Source of the DNA: an uncultured Verrucomicrobiae bacterium
GTDB taxonomy: Bacteria; Verrucomicrobiota; Verrucomicrobiia; Chthoniobacterales; JAFAMB01
Assembly (NCBI GenBank): GCA_963762565.1
Contig: CAVXLD010000001.1
Location: 704,001-768,000 of the forward strand
DNA length: 64,000 nucleotides
Direction: 5' to 3'
Part shown: positions 29,762 through 40,599 of the stretch, one piece after another
How the letters are laid out: the number at the start of each line of letters is the position of its first letter
Position numbering within the stretch: position 1 is the first letter of the stretch
Notes under the pieces: generated by a model
What the model was told of the DNA's origin: nothing
The model's input: the letters and a program-made list of their open reading frames with translations, nothing else
Database searches by the model: none
Position numbers and translations under genes: made by a program

Positions 29762-31634
29762 ATGATGTGGAAACCCTATCTCCGCTCGTGCGGACTCATT
29801 ACGTCCGCGACGATCTCAATGGCGTTGAGCGGCCAGCTGGTCGCGCAACAAACTGAGACGGCGAAGAACACGCCCATTTTTGTAACCAGTGGCCAAGAAA
29901 TCACCCCTACCGCTGCGCCGGGCTCAACTTTGACCTACTTAAACCCCGGCCTCAGCGACTTCCCCAACTACGTCGCCAGCGGCGGCATCAGCACCGCGAT
30001 TAGCCCAGATGGTACCACGCTGCTAGTCCTGACCGCCGGCTACAATAACTTGGATGACAGTTCCGGGAACTTTATCGCGGCCGACTCGCAAGAATATATT
30101 TTCGTCTTCGACATCAGCAGCGGACGACCCGTGCAGAAACAGGTCCTGAACTTGCCCAACAGCTACACCGGAATCGCGTTTGCCCCGAGCGGACAGATGT
30201 TCTTAGCCGCCGGCGGTGTGGATGATAACGTCCACATCTTTCAACTCCAGTCGACTGGTTGGGCAGACACCGGAACACCAGTCGCACTGGGGCATGCTCA
30301 CGGAATCGGTCTGGTTTCTGACGGTCTCGCCCTTACTCAGGGCCAGGATCCACCAGTTTCCGGCGGCGTCGCCATCGTGCCCGGTACGAACACCAACGCG
30401 TTGGTCACTAACGTTTACAATGACTCCGTTTCACTGATCGGGATTTCCGGCGCCAGCGGCCAAGTTCTGGCCGAACTCGACCTTCGCCCTGGCAAAGTCA
30501 ATTCGGCCGACAGCGGAGTACCCGGAGGAGAATACCCTTTCTGGGTCACCGTTACTAACTCCGGCGTCGCTTACATTTCTTCGGTTCGAGATCGTGAAAT
30601 CGATGTGGTCCAGGTCACTGGCTCTCAATTGTCGTTTGTCACAAGAGTCAAGGTGACCGGTAATCCGAATAAGATGATCTTGGACTCCGCCCAGGCGAAC
30701 CTATACGTGGCCGAAGATAACAGCGACCTGGTGGATGTTATCAATACCACCAGCCATCAGGTGGTGAACTCAATCTCAACCGCAGGTCCCAATAAAGTGG
30801 TTGGCGATCTGAACACTTACCACGGATTCATTCCTAACGGTTTGAGCCTCGCCCCGAATGGCAAAACCCTCTATGTAACCAACGGGGGCACCAACTCTTT
30901 AGCCGTTATCGATCTAACGACCCAGCCGTATTCCGTCACCGGTTTGATACCCACGGGTTATTATCCTAGCGACGTAGCGGTTAGCCATAGCGGCAAGATG
31001 CTTTATGTGGTCAACGCGAAGAGCGTTACCGGGCCCGACCCTGGGTATTTTCCGAAAAATACGCCGACTGAAAACGCGAGCAATCAATACATCGAGAAAG
31101 ACGAAAAATCGTCACTTCTCAGTTTCCCGGCGCCAAGCTCTTCCACGTTGGCCGAACTCACCCGGCAAGTCTCAAAGAACAACAACTTTGCCGGTAAAGC
31201 CTCTTCTTCTGACGAAGCCATCATCAGCCAGCTGCAGAAACGCATTAAACACGTTATCTACATCATCAAAGAGAACCGGACCTACGACCAGGTGCTGGGC
31301 GACTTGGACCGAGGAAATGGGGACCCGTATATTACCGAGTTCGGTCAAGCCATCACTCCGAGCCAACACCAACTAGCCAGCTACTTCGTCACTGCGGACA
31401 ATTTCTATTGTTCGGGTGATGTCAGCGCAAATGGCTGGCCTGGCGGATAAGACCAAAGGATTCGATTTCAGCGTGGAGGACCATTTGGGTGACGTTGATA
31501 AGTTTAACCGGATCGTGTGGCAGGGACTGAAAGGTTCCCTCCCGTATCCGGAACAGCGCACCGGTGCTGACCTCCGCCAGAACCGGCAGCAGTTGCTACT
31601 GCGCACTGCCCCAATGGCGGACGCAGGTAGTTAG
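29762..31634 (+). pseudogene. YncE/YVTN beta-propeller + phosphoesterase protein with apparent internal deletion
   Basis: YVTN repeats and HVIYIIKENRTYDQVLGD; frame stops at SANGWPGG*, while a C-terminus-like segment (KTKGFDFSVEDH...FNRIVWQGLKG...PYP) follows directly in another frame. Confidence 0.7.
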
Positions 31635-31791
31635 TTTTGTCCCAAAGGAACCGCACGCGTCGTTGCGAGGACCGACGCGAACGGAGACTACAGGAACGAG
31701 CCCGGGGTTTTACCCCGGGCTTAGTCCCGATCGCGCCCCCCCGGGGCCGTGGACATGCGACACGCGGTGTTCCTTAGGAGAACGAAGCGCG

Positions 31792-32097
31792 TCAAGGCGC
31801 TGTTTCCACATAAACCTCGTCACCCTGGACGACCACGGCAAAGGTCTTTACGGCTTCGAATGCCGGTGGGGTCAAAGCTTCACCGGTCCGCAAATCGAAA
31901 CAAGCGCCGTGCAAGGGACACGCGACCGTCTGTCCCTCAAGTTGCCCCTCAGACAGGGATGCCTCGGCGTGGGTGCAAACGTCGCTGATGGCAAACAATG
32001 TTCCCTCCACGTTAAAAACGGCGATGGGTGGGTCGTCTATCCGTCTCACCTCACCCGGACCCAGCTCCGCCATTCGGCAAACTCGTTCCAGTGCCAT
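31792..32097 (-). CDS. Rieske-type [2Fe-2S] ferredoxin
   Basis: CTHAEASL...CPLHGACFDLRTG; GAGG RBS. Confidence 0.93.
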   Translation of the reverse strand: MALERVCRMAELGPGEVRRIDDPPIAVFNVEGTLFAISDVCTHAEASLSEGQLEGQTVACPLHGACFDLRTGEALTPPAFEAVKTFAVVVQGDEVYVETAP

Positions 32098-32249
32098 CTG
32101 ATTGTATCGCCTCCTCGAGGAATGTGACTTAACGAAACATCTTCTGCCAGGCCTTAAATTGCGAGGTGGGTTCGATCATTCTGTAAAACCCAGGATAGCA
32201 TCTCAGAGGTTTCCGGGAGCTAGTTGAGAGGCGCGTTACGACTCATGAG

Positions 32250-32372
32250 GGAGGGAGTGCGTCCTCGCGCGCCGCGAGCGTGGGGTTACCCCTCTAGGCC
32301 GGATATCTTCCTCCTCGGTCCTCCAACGCGCTTAGCTTCGGGAACGACGGATCGCGAGGACGCGATCCCTCC
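32250..32372. repeat. GGAG-type REP pair
   Basis: GGAGGGAGTGCGTCCTCGCGCGCCG / CGGATCGCGAGGACGCGATCCCTCC. Confidence 0.8.
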
Positions 32373-32383
32373 CAGCCCTCCGC

Positions 32384-33262
32384 CTACGCACCGGCTGGAA
32401 AGAACTCAGTATCGTGCATACGCCCATAGTCCGCAGTGTAAGTACCATCCGGGTTTTCGCTGTAGATGTCTACAAAACGGTGATCCCACACGATTTCTTC
32501 GAACAAATAGTCGGCTTGGCTCTGAATCGGCGCCACAATTACCGTGTCAATGCAAACAACTGACGCAAAAAGGCGTGTGTCCGCGCGCTGGAGCTCTTCC
32601 CGGGTCCATCCATAAAAGGGGCTGGTCTCATCGATTCGATGCCGGATTACCAGTGCGACTGGAAACGAGATTACTCGATCATAATGTAGTTTGAGGGGAT
32701 AGAATCGGCGCATGTCGTCCCCTTCTTTTGTCGGCTCGTTGCGAACCATCATCATCCGGAACTCGGCTTCGGCCATCGTGTGATGACGCAGGTTAGCGAC
32801 GCGGATCATCAAGTTCGGATAGCCGTCAAAGAGGCCCACGGTGACGACCTTACTAAACAGGATCTTGGCCATCGGACGGGAAAAACGGATGAATATGAGG
32901 CCGGTGATAACGGCCATGCCAAACAACCCCACCATGATTTCCAAGGTGGCGATGCTGTGACCGTAGATAGAGTCCGGGTACATATGGCCGTACCCGACGG
33001 TGGCGAACGTTTCGACACTAAAAAAGAAGCCATCCAAGAACGAGCCTGGATGCATTTCTGCGATACCGTTGCCGCCCAATACGTACAGCCCGGCAAAGAT
33101 TACGTTGACTATCAGATAGCTTCCCAACACCAGACCAGCAAACTGCGGCCAACTGAGGCTAAGCACCCAGTGGTAAGAATCACGCAAATCGAACCGATCT
33201 GCGTTGATTTTAAGAAATTCAGTTTTACCAAATCGGACCGAAATAGGAGATGGCTTGCTCAT
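32384..33262 (-). CDS. Inward-rectifier potassium channel (KirBac)
   Basis: FFSVETFATVGYG filter, RFSRP, HRIDETSP; start set at ATG 33262. Confidence 0.93.
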   Translation of the reverse strand: MSKPSPISVRFGKTEFLKINADRFDLRDSYHWVLSLSWPQFAGLVLGSYLIVNVIFAGLYVLGGNGIAEMHPGSFLDGFFFSVETFATVGYGHMYPDSIYGHSIATLEIMVGLFGMAVITGLIFIRFSRPMAKILFSKVVTVGLFDGYPNLMIRVANLRHHTMAEAEFRMMMVRNEPTKEGDDMRRFYPLKLHYDRVISFPVALVIRHRIDETSPFYGWTREELQRADTRLFASVVCIDTVIVAPIQSQADYLFEEIVWDHRFVDIYSENPDGTYTADYGRMHDTEFFPAGA

Positions 33263-33691
33263 ACGAGTTAATCTTGCAGTCTCCCAGGGCAGAACGCGGG
33301 TTTCAAGGTTGCTGGATTTTTGGTGGAGCGAGGTTCCGGAGCTTCCTAAAAGGGTCCGCAAAGCGGCTGCCGGTCGTAAAGGCTGTAGTGGCCAGCGCCA
33401 GAAAACTGCCGAGCCGTAGTCCCGGAGTCAGCCATGGCCCATGAATAGCGAAGTCAGATGGAGGAGGACCTAACAAAATCGGCAGGTCGAGGCCTCACGA
33501 TGGGCACGGCTCGGCGGGCGTATCGGCCCAAAACACGAAATCTACGTTTCGACGTCGCAGTCCCTGGAAAGCCCGCAAGGCCGAGCGGGGGCCTCGCCCC
33601 ACCAAAGCCCTTGAACGAATTCCAGGTCCCGAACTGGCTCGACAAGAAACCACGTTCCGTGGAAAATCGATATGACCACTCTACTCTCAGG

Positions 33692-35182
33692 ATGAAACGT
33701 GCTAGCGCCGGCTTTTTCCCACCGATCCCGGTTGATGATGATGATCCCTCAAAGCCGATGTACGTCCAATTGTACGATTGGTTCCGATCTGCCATTGTCG
33801 GCGGCCATTTGCGGCCGGGACAAAAAATTCCTTCCAGCCGGCAGCTCGCTTCTGACCTGAAGGTCTCTCGGATTACGATTTTGAGCGCTTTCGAGCAGTT
33901 GCACGCCGAGGGCTATCTAGAGGGCTCCGTTGGTTCCGGGACGTACGTCGCCAAATCTATCCCGGATCATACGGTCAAACTGAAGTTAGGCGATTCGCCG
34001 CGGGAGCTTTCAGCCAACTCGCAACACGGCCCACGCAGGGTTTCAAAGCTAGGAAGTAGATTCCTCTCAGCGCCTCCCTTACCGCGAGGGTTTCGCGCCT
34101 TTCAGGTCGGTCTGCCAGCCCTGGACCGGTTCCCCAGAACAACTTGGTCGAAACTCCTGATCCGGCACTCAAGACAAACAAGAAAGGAATTAATGGCCTA
34201 TGGCAACCCGATGGGCCGCCTAGCTTGCCGCGAGGCCATTGCGGAATATCTCAGTGTGATCCGAGGCGTGCGCTGTCAACCGGCCCAGATTATGATCGTT
34301 ACTGGGTCACAACAAGCCCTGGATATCGCTGCGCGCGTTTTGCTGGATCCCGGCGACCCAGTGTGGATCGAAGAACCGGCCTATCCAGGCGCCGTCCGAG
34401 CTTTTGCCGCGGCAGGCGCTCGCCTGATACCAGTACGGGTCGATGAGGAAGGATTAGACGTGAACCGAGGGATCAAACGATGCCCCGGTGCGCGCGCTGC
34501 CGTCATTACTCCATCGCACCAGTTCCCGTTGGGGATGACCATGAGCGCGACTCGTCGCGTTCTATTGTTGGACTGGGCCACTCGCAACGGCTCATGGATC
34601 GTCGAAGATGACTACGACAACGAGTATCGCTTTGGGATTCGCCCGATCTCTTCTCTTCAGGGCCTGGATGAGGATGAAAGAGTCATTTACGTGGGAACCT
34701 TCAGCAAGGTTCTCTTCCCGTCGCTTCGAATTGGCTATGTGATTGCCCCCAAGGATCTTATCACACCGTTCTCCCGCGTTCGGGAAACATCGGATATCTT
34801 CCCGCCTCCGTTACATCAAGAAGTGTTAACCGACTTCATCCGCGAAGGCCACCTAGAACGACACATACGGCGCATGCGGATGCTTTACATGGAACGACAT
34901 GACATCCTGGTGGCGGAAATTCGAAAAAACCTGGGAACAAGTTTCGAGGTAATGACGGCACACGCGGGAACCTATCTCGTCATGCTATTGCCGGATGGCT
35001 TTCGAGATACCGTCGTGGCAGAGAAAGCGGCGGAGGCGGACATCTCCACGGTACCATTATCGATTTGCTACCAAGAAGAGCCTCGTAGACAAGGCTTGAT
35101 CCTAGGTTACGGCGGCGTCAATCGCAGGCAGATTCAAGAGGGAGTTAGTAAACTCGCGGCTATTCTCAGAAAAAGACACTAA
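33692..35182 (+). CDS. MocR/GabR-family PLP-dependent transcriptional regulator
   Basis: GntR wHTH (LRPGQKIPSSRQLA), TPSHQFP, VEDDYD, GTFSK; start set by alignment with paralogue at 39060. Confidence 0.93.
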   Translation: MKRASAGFFPPIPVDDDDPSKPMYVQLYDWFRSAIVGGHLRPGQKIPSSRQLASDLKVSRITILSAFEQLHAEGYLEGSVGSGTYVAKSIPDHTVKLKLGDSPRELSANSQHGPRRVSKLGSRFLSAPPLPRGFRAFQVGLPALDRFPRTTWSKLLIRHSRQTRKELMAYGNPMGRLACREAIAEYLSVIRGVRCQPAQIMIVTGSQQALDIAARVLLDPGDPVWIEEPAYPGAVRAFAAAGARLIPVRVDEEGLDVNRGIKRCPGARAAVITPSHQFPLGMTMSATRRVLLLDWATRNGSWIVEDDYDNEYRFGIRPISSLQGLDEDERVIYVGTFSKVLFPSLRIGYVIAPKDLITPFSRVRETSDIFPPPLHQEVLTDFIREGHLERHIRRMRMLYMERHDILVAEIRKNLGTSFEVMTAHAGTYLVMLLPDGFRDTVVAEKAAEADISTVPLSICYQEEPRRQGLILGYGGVNRRQIQEGVSKLAAILRKRH

Positions 35183-35373
35183 GCCACGAAGTTAGACCGA
35201 CCTAGCGATCCTTCCCCTTCCTTTGGGCTTCGTGGCTTTGGGTGATACTCCTATGCCCGCCGGGCAAACACGGCCGCTTCATCGAAGAGCAGGATATTTC
35301 GATAGCCACGACCAATGTTTGCCGGCAAAGGTTACTCGACTGGATTCTACGACATAACTTGGCTCTTGGGTAG

Positions 35374-35406
35374 AGCCACTTTCTAACTTTCTGACATAGC
35401 CACTTT
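35374..35406. promoter_or_regulatory. Putative MocR operator (AGCCACTTT direct repeat, 24-bp period)
   Basis: AGCCACTTT at 35374 and 35398; same core and period as 39016/39040. Confidence 0.55.
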
Positions 35407-35427
35407 TGACCTCCTAGTTGAGGCCGG

Positions 35428-35748
35428 TTATGCTAGAGTCTCGAATTCCGCGAATGCAATACATTGAGGCCCTTGTTCTACCACTAACACAAAAACATGG
35501 TACGTCTTCCCCGGTTCAAGCCCTACGAATTTAAATGTTTTTCGTTTCGTGAAGTAGACGCCGTAGACCTCCTGAGAAAAAACCATATAGCGGGTTCCCT
35601 CCCCGAGGGGCGTCCAAGTTAGGTGCACAGAGACTCGCGTCGGTTCCACACCCAAGAAGTTGAAACCAGTCGAACCGTTCTCCAAGGTCGCGGGACCGCC
35701 GGAATCGTGTCCATGACGGTGACTAACATTACGTGAGTACGCTTTCAT
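35428..35748 (-). CDS. Small fibronectin type III-like protein
   Basis: VHLTWTP...Y...GLEPGKTYHVFV FN3 pattern; His-rich N-terminus. Confidence 0.6.
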   Translation of the reverse strand: MKAYSRNVSHRHGHDSGGPATLENGSTGFNFLGVEPTRVSVHLTWTPLGEGTRYMVFSQEVYGVYFTKRKTFKFVGLEPGKTYHVFVLVVEQGPQCIAFAEFETLA

Positions 35749-35918
35749 TAGTACAGCCCCCTTGCTCGAGTCGGTAACCCTTGCCGGCTCCTTAGTTGGC
35801 GGACATCCGCCCCTTCTGGCGACCAGTTATTACGATAAAATCTGGTTCCCTAAAATGACTGCTATTTCAATAAATTCCATAGCCACTTCGCCCTTCGCGC
35901 CTCCTGCGCCGAGAACGC

Positions 35919-38900
35919 TCAGAACTTCTTATCGATCGAGAACCAGAAGTAGCGCTGGATAAAATTTGCGCCGCCGGCGGTATCATAATTGGCTAGAAAA
36001 TTGTCTACGACAAGAGGCGGGGCGGTATCGAAGATGTTGTTAATACCGAAAGTGACCGTCGTATTGGCCAGCAAATTGCGCCAGCCCCATCGCGAGCCTT
36101 CCGGTGCAGGAGCAATCGCTTTTTCGCCAACGATTTGTTTTCCTTCCTTATTATAACCTGGCTTCGGTGCCTCGGGCGTTATCTCGACCGGCGGACCGAT
36201 TTTGTATGAGATCTGCCAGTCTAGCGTTGTCCAATTCCCGATCGTATGGACGTTCCCTGGGATACCATTGTCCGGGATAAAAGATCCGACGGGAGCGGCT
36301 GGGTTGGTACCGTTAGCAGAATTGGTAAAGTCCAGCTCGGAGCCAACGTAATGGAGGGTTAAACCGGTCCTGAAGGCGTCAGTCCCAAAGAGGGTCTTAG
36401 AGTAGAAAATACTGGCCAACATCTTCAAGTCAGGAGCGGACCCATTAGCGGTGTCGGTTAGGTTGAACACGCGATAAAAGAAGGTGCCATTGGCATTTAA
36501 CCCCTGAACGGATTTAAGGGTAAACCAGTAAAGATAGCTGGCATCGTAATCAAACTCGAGTTTACCCCAGTTAAATTCCTTAGTCTTGTAGCTAAAGCCC
36601 CACTCAAGCCCTTCGCTCCGCTCATTGCCGAGATTCAGGTAACTGTTAACCACTTCCGTGATCACCCCACTGGGCCCGCGAACAACAAAGTTGCCAGGCG
36701 GTGCCGAACTGCCCAAAGCAACGACTTCCTGAGGTAATAAAGTTCCGAACACCTGGTGTTGATCGACTTGAAACCAATCGACGTAGGCGCTGAATCCTTT
36801 TGCCCAGCTCCACCAGCTATTCTCATCGGTCGAGGCGGGAGTCCAAACGCCTCGCACATAGTACATGTAGGCATCCTCCGGTTTCAGTCTCGGGTTACCG
36901 GTGGTCGTGTTAAGCACGGTGATCTGTCCTAACTGCGGGAACTTTGGATCGATGATTCCGGTCTCCGCGGGAATCCCGGCTGACGAGTAAAGTTGAGGTA
37001 ACGATGGCGCAACAAACGATTCCGAATAACTGGCCTGAACCGTGAAATCATTGAACGGCTTGTAAAGGATCGCGAACTTCGGTTTCGCAGCGCTCCCGAA
37101 GTCACTGTAATAATCCTGGCGCTCGGAGATCGTCATTTGAAGGGAACGCATTCCGGGCCAAGACCATTGATCGCCAAAGATAGGAATATCCGACTCTCCG
37201 AAGATGCTCCAAATATAACGACGCGCATTGATGAGCCTCCCGACCGGGAACTGGATAGCGGTCAGGTTACCGTCATAACTGTTCGGATCATCGCCCTGGA
37301 TATAATCTTCGCTGCGGTACTCGAAGCCGCCGGCGACGTTAAGCGGGCCCGAGGGTAAATCCCATAAGGTACCGCCGGCGACGGCATGGAACTGCATGAT
37401 ATCGCTTCTGATATTCTCCCAGATGCTGCCGATGAGATTCTTATTACCGTAAAAGGACGAGTTGGGACCGGCGACCGATTCATCGGCAAACGGATTAAAG
37501 AACTGGCCGACATTGCCGGGAAGCGTGCCATTGAGAGCCTCCTGCATGCCATTGAAGGTAAACATGTTCTTGTCGGTTTGAGTGGCGTCGGCCTCTCCGT
37601 ACAGAAAATTGGCATCGATGTACCACGCGTGCGGTAACTGGATGGTAGCTCCCGCCACTTCCCGAAATGTGGTAATGGTACTATCCGTTTTCAATACATT
37701 GAATTCGTTAAGACCTAATCCCGTCACCAAGAGATTTTCATGGAAGGGGTTAAAAGGATTGTAACTAGGAACGATGACGCCTGGATTAAACGGCGGCGGA
37801 TAGACGCCCTGGTTCGGGCCGTAGGTACTGAGCTCTTCGGTTCGACTAATGAGGAAACTGTCGTAAAGCTTGAGCCAATCATTCACATCGTAAGTCATCT
37901 TAACCAGACCGCCTAGCCTGGTCTCCCGCGGATACACCTGCAGACCGTAGATGCTGAAGTCTGCCGGATTTTGCGGGCTTAACGCAGCGGGGCCGATGAT
38001 GAAATCGGACGGAGTCGGGTTGACGCCATTAAATCCCTGCTTGGTCTCATAGCTGTTGCCGCTCGTCAGACCAAAAAACTGGCCAGTTAAGAAGGGGGGG
38101 CCGATAGAGTGTCCGGGGTATGTAGGGCTCAGCAGGGTATAGTTCAGGAAGGTGTCCCGGCGATCGACCGCCATGACCGGACTTTGGGAATAGAAATCGA
38201 ATGACGCGACGATACTGAATTTCGAGGTATCGCTTAATTTCTGGATCCAGCCGCTCGTGAACTCGCCGTGATAAACTTCGTAATCCCCTCTTTGGCTGAT
38301 CCCATAATAGTTATAAATATCGGCTCCCTGGTATTGATCTTTTGTAATGAAGTTGACGACCCCGGCCACCGCGTCGGTGCCGTAAGTAGCGCTACCGCCA
38401 TCGTTGAGGATGTCGATGCGATCGACCGCTCCCAATGGGATCCCATTGATGTCGACGTAATTGAACGCACCCGCGGTCGAGACCTGGGGAAAAGGATACG
38501 AAGGCATGCGAAGGCCGTCTACGAGAACCAGGGTATCGTTGGGCGGCAACCCTTTCAGGGCGATGGAAGCGCCGCCCGGCGAGAAGCCGAACCCGGTGGT
38601 CACACCCGGGTTAAAGTTGCCGGTCGCACCAGGCAGATTTTGCAGAACATCGGTTACGTTCTGGTAGCCGGTGTTCTGAATATAAGTCTGGTCGTAGCTG
38701 GTGACCGGCTGAGGACCTTCGCCGATCCTGGGGATGAGATAGCCGGTTACCACAACTTGTTGCAATTGGCCGCCGCTGGTTGCATTGCCGGCGTTCTGGT
38801 TCTCGCTAACTGACGGGTTGGCAGCCGCCGGGGATGGCTCTGCGGTTTGAGCTCGAAGACTCAGATTTCCTGAGATTAAAGCTGTAGCTAGCCCTAGGGT

Positions 38901-38927
38901 CGCGGTAAGAAAAGGGGTTGTTTTCAT
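35919..38927 (-). CDS. TonB-dependent receptor
   Basis: Signal peptide, VVVTG TonB box, plug TLVLVDGLR...YGTDAVAGVVN, GNPRLKPE, C-terminal F; AAGGAG RBS before ATG 38927. Confidence 0.94.
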   Translation of the reverse strand: MKTTPFLTATLGLATALISGNLSLRAQTAEPSPAAANPSVSENQNAGNATSGGQLQQVVVTGYLIPRIGEGPQPVTSYDQTYIQNTGYQNVTDVLQNLPGATGNFNPGVTTGFGFSPGGASIALKGLPPNDTLVLVDGLRMPSYPFPQVSTAGAFNYVDINGIPLGAVDRIDILNDGGSATYGTDAVAGVVNFITKDQYQGADIYNYYGISQRGDYEVYHGEFTSGWIQKLSDTSKFSIVASFDFYSQSPVMAVDRRDTFLNYTLLSPTYPGHSIGPPFLTGQFFGLTSGNSYETKQGFNGVNPTPSDFIIGPAALSPQNPADFSIYGLQVYPRETRLGGLVKMTYDVNDWLKLYDSFLISRTEELSTYGPNQGVYPPPFNPGVIVPSYNPFNPFHENLLVTGLGLNEFNVLKTDSTITTFREVAGATIQLPHAWYIDANFLYGEADATQTDKNMFTFNGMQEALNGTLPGNVGQFFNPFADESVAGPNSSFYGNKNLIGSIWENIRSDIMQFHAVAGGTLWDLPSGPLNVAGGFEYRSEDYIQGDDPNSYDGNLTAIQFPVGRLINARRYIWSIFGESDIPIFGDQWSWPGMRSLQMTISERQDYYSDFGSAAKPKFAILYKPFNDFTVQASYSESFVAPSLPQLYSSAGIPAETGIIDPKFPQLGQITVLNTTTGNPRLKPEDAYMYYVRGVWTPASTDENSWWSWAKGFSAYVDWFQVDQHQVFGTLLPQEVVALGSSAPPGNFVVRGPSGVITEVVNSYLNLGNERSEGLEWGFSYKTKEFNWGKLEFDYDASYLYWFTLKSVQGLNANGTFFYRVFNLTDTANGSAPDLKMLASIFYSKTLFGTDAFRTGLTLHYVGSELDFTNSANGTNPAAPVGSFIPDNGIPGNVHTIGNWTTLDWQISYKIGPPVEITPEAPKPGYNKEGKQIVGEKAIAPAPEGSRWGWRNLLANTTVTFGINNIFDTAPPLVVDNFLANYDTAGGANFIQRYFWFSIDKKF

Positions 38928-39015
38928 TCTGCTCCTTGGTTCGGCCATTCTCGACAGCATCGGGACAACACTGGCCGATTTCCGTTCGAAATTAGTTGAA
39001 AAGCGGATCAACAAA

Positions 39016-39049
39016 ATGTCCACTTCTTGAAAAAATGATATGTCCACTT
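39016..39049. promoter_or_regulatory. Putative MocR operator between the divergent TBDR and mocR genes
   Basis: ATGTCCACTT direct repeat at 39016 and 39040. Confidence 0.65.
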
Positions 39050-39059
39050 TGAACGAGCT

Positions 39060-40544
39060 ATGAAACGGGTCGGCGCCGGTTTTTTTCCCTCGATCACTTT
39101 TGAAAACGATGGATCGGGTCCGATGTATCGCCGGCTATATGATTGGTTTCGATCCGCGATACTAACCGGTGAATTGCGTCCAGGTCAGAGGCTCCCTTCG
39201 ACCCGTTATTTAGCCTCGGAACTAAGGGTTTCGCGCATCACGATCTTATCCACATTTCAATTGTTATCCGCCGAAGGTTATATCGAAAGTTCTGCCGGCT
39301 CCGGGACCTATGTAACAAAGTCGATCCCGGATCAGGTAACTCACCTACGATTCGGAAAGCAGCCAAGATCGACCAAGCATCCTCCTAGCAGCGGGTCCCG
39401 TAGAATTTCCCAACTCAGCGCTCGATTGTCCCCTTTCCCTACCGTGCCGTTTGGCATAGAGGCGTTCCGAGTCGGTTTGCCGGCGCTGGATCGTTTTCCC
39501 GTAAATACCTGGTCGCGCCTTGCGGCTCGTCGTTGGAGGCAGCCAAGAAAAGAGCTGCTGACCTATGGCGGTCCCATGGGTTTCGAACCCTGTCGGAAAG
39601 CGATTGCCGAATATGTAGCTAGCGTCCGGGGCGTGCGTTGCGATGCATCTCAAATCATGATCGTTAACGGCTCTCAACAAGGCCTGGAGATTTCCGCCCG
39701 TGCTTTGCTAGATCCCGGTGATCCTGTTTGGATAGAGGAACCGGGTTATCCAGGCGCATTTCAAGCTTTCGGGGCAGTAACCGGCAAACTGATTTCGGTC
39801 CCGATCGACGATGATGGCTTGGACGTCAAAGAAGGCATCAGGCGCTGTCCGCAGGCCCGGGCTGCATTCATTACTCCGTCTCATCAATTCCCAATGGGCA
39901 TGACCATGAGTGCCGGGCGCAGAATGCTGCTGGTAGATTGGGCGGCTCGCAATAACTCCTGGATCGTGGAAGACGACTACGATAGCGAATACGATTTTCG
40001 TAAGCGTCCGATTGCGTCGGTTCAGGGCTTGGACACCGGCGCCAGAGTTATTTACGTCGGAACCTTTAGTAAGATATTGTTTCCATCACTCCGAATTGGC
40101 TACTTGATCGTACCTCCGGATCTGCTTTCGGCTTTCTGCCGGGTCAGGCAGGCTTCAGATCTGGCGCACTCTACGCTCGAACAGGCCGTACTCGCCGACT
40201 TCATCCAGGAGGGACATTTTGCCCGGCACATCCGGCGAATGCGCACGCTTTACATGGAGAGAAACGAAATGCTGGTGGCCGAAATCGAAAAACAACTCGG
40301 AGGCATCGTCGAGGTAGTCAGCGCCCAAGCCGGAATGCATTTGGTGGTTATGCTTCCGCGCGGCGCTGATGATATGATCGTCTGGCAGCGTGCCGTCAGC
40401 TTGGGTATCGCATCCTGGCCGTTATCGATTTGTTGCCAAAAGAAACCGCAGCGAGGTGGACTTGTTCTTGGCTACGGCGCCGTCGATCGAAAACAAATCT
40501 TGGATGGAGTGAAGAGACTTGCCGCAGTGATTCGGGAGTTCTGA
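39060..40544 (+). CDS. MocR/GabR-family regulator (paralogue of 33692)
   Basis: LRPGQRLPSTRYLA, TPSHQFP, VEDDYDSE, GTFSK. Confidence 0.94.
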   Translation: MKRVGAGFFPSITFENDGSGPMYRRLYDWFRSAILTGELRPGQRLPSTRYLASELRVSRITILSTFQLLSAEGYIESSAGSGTYVTKSIPDQVTHLRFGKQPRSTKHPPSSGSRRISQLSARLSPFPTVPFGIEAFRVGLPALDRFPVNTWSRLAARRWRQPRKELLTYGGPMGFEPCRKAIAEYVASVRGVRCDASQIMIVNGSQQGLEISARALLDPGDPVWIEEPGYPGAFQAFGAVTGKLISVPIDDDGLDVKEGIRRCPQARAAFITPSHQFPMGMTMSAGRRMLLVDWAARNNSWIVEDDYDSEYDFRKRPIASVQGLDTGARVIYVGTFSKILFPSLRIGYLIVPPDLLSAFCRVRQASDLAHSTLEQAVLADFIQEGHFARHIRRMRTLYMERNEMLVAEIEKQLGGIVEVVSAQAGMHLVVMLPRGADDMIVWQRAVSLGIASWPLSICCQKKPQRGGLVLGYGAVDRKQILDGVKRLAAVIREF

Positions 40545-40599
40545 ATCTAGTGAGCGCAACCGAGCATTGTGTTCCGGAAATAGACATGGTTAGTCACCC

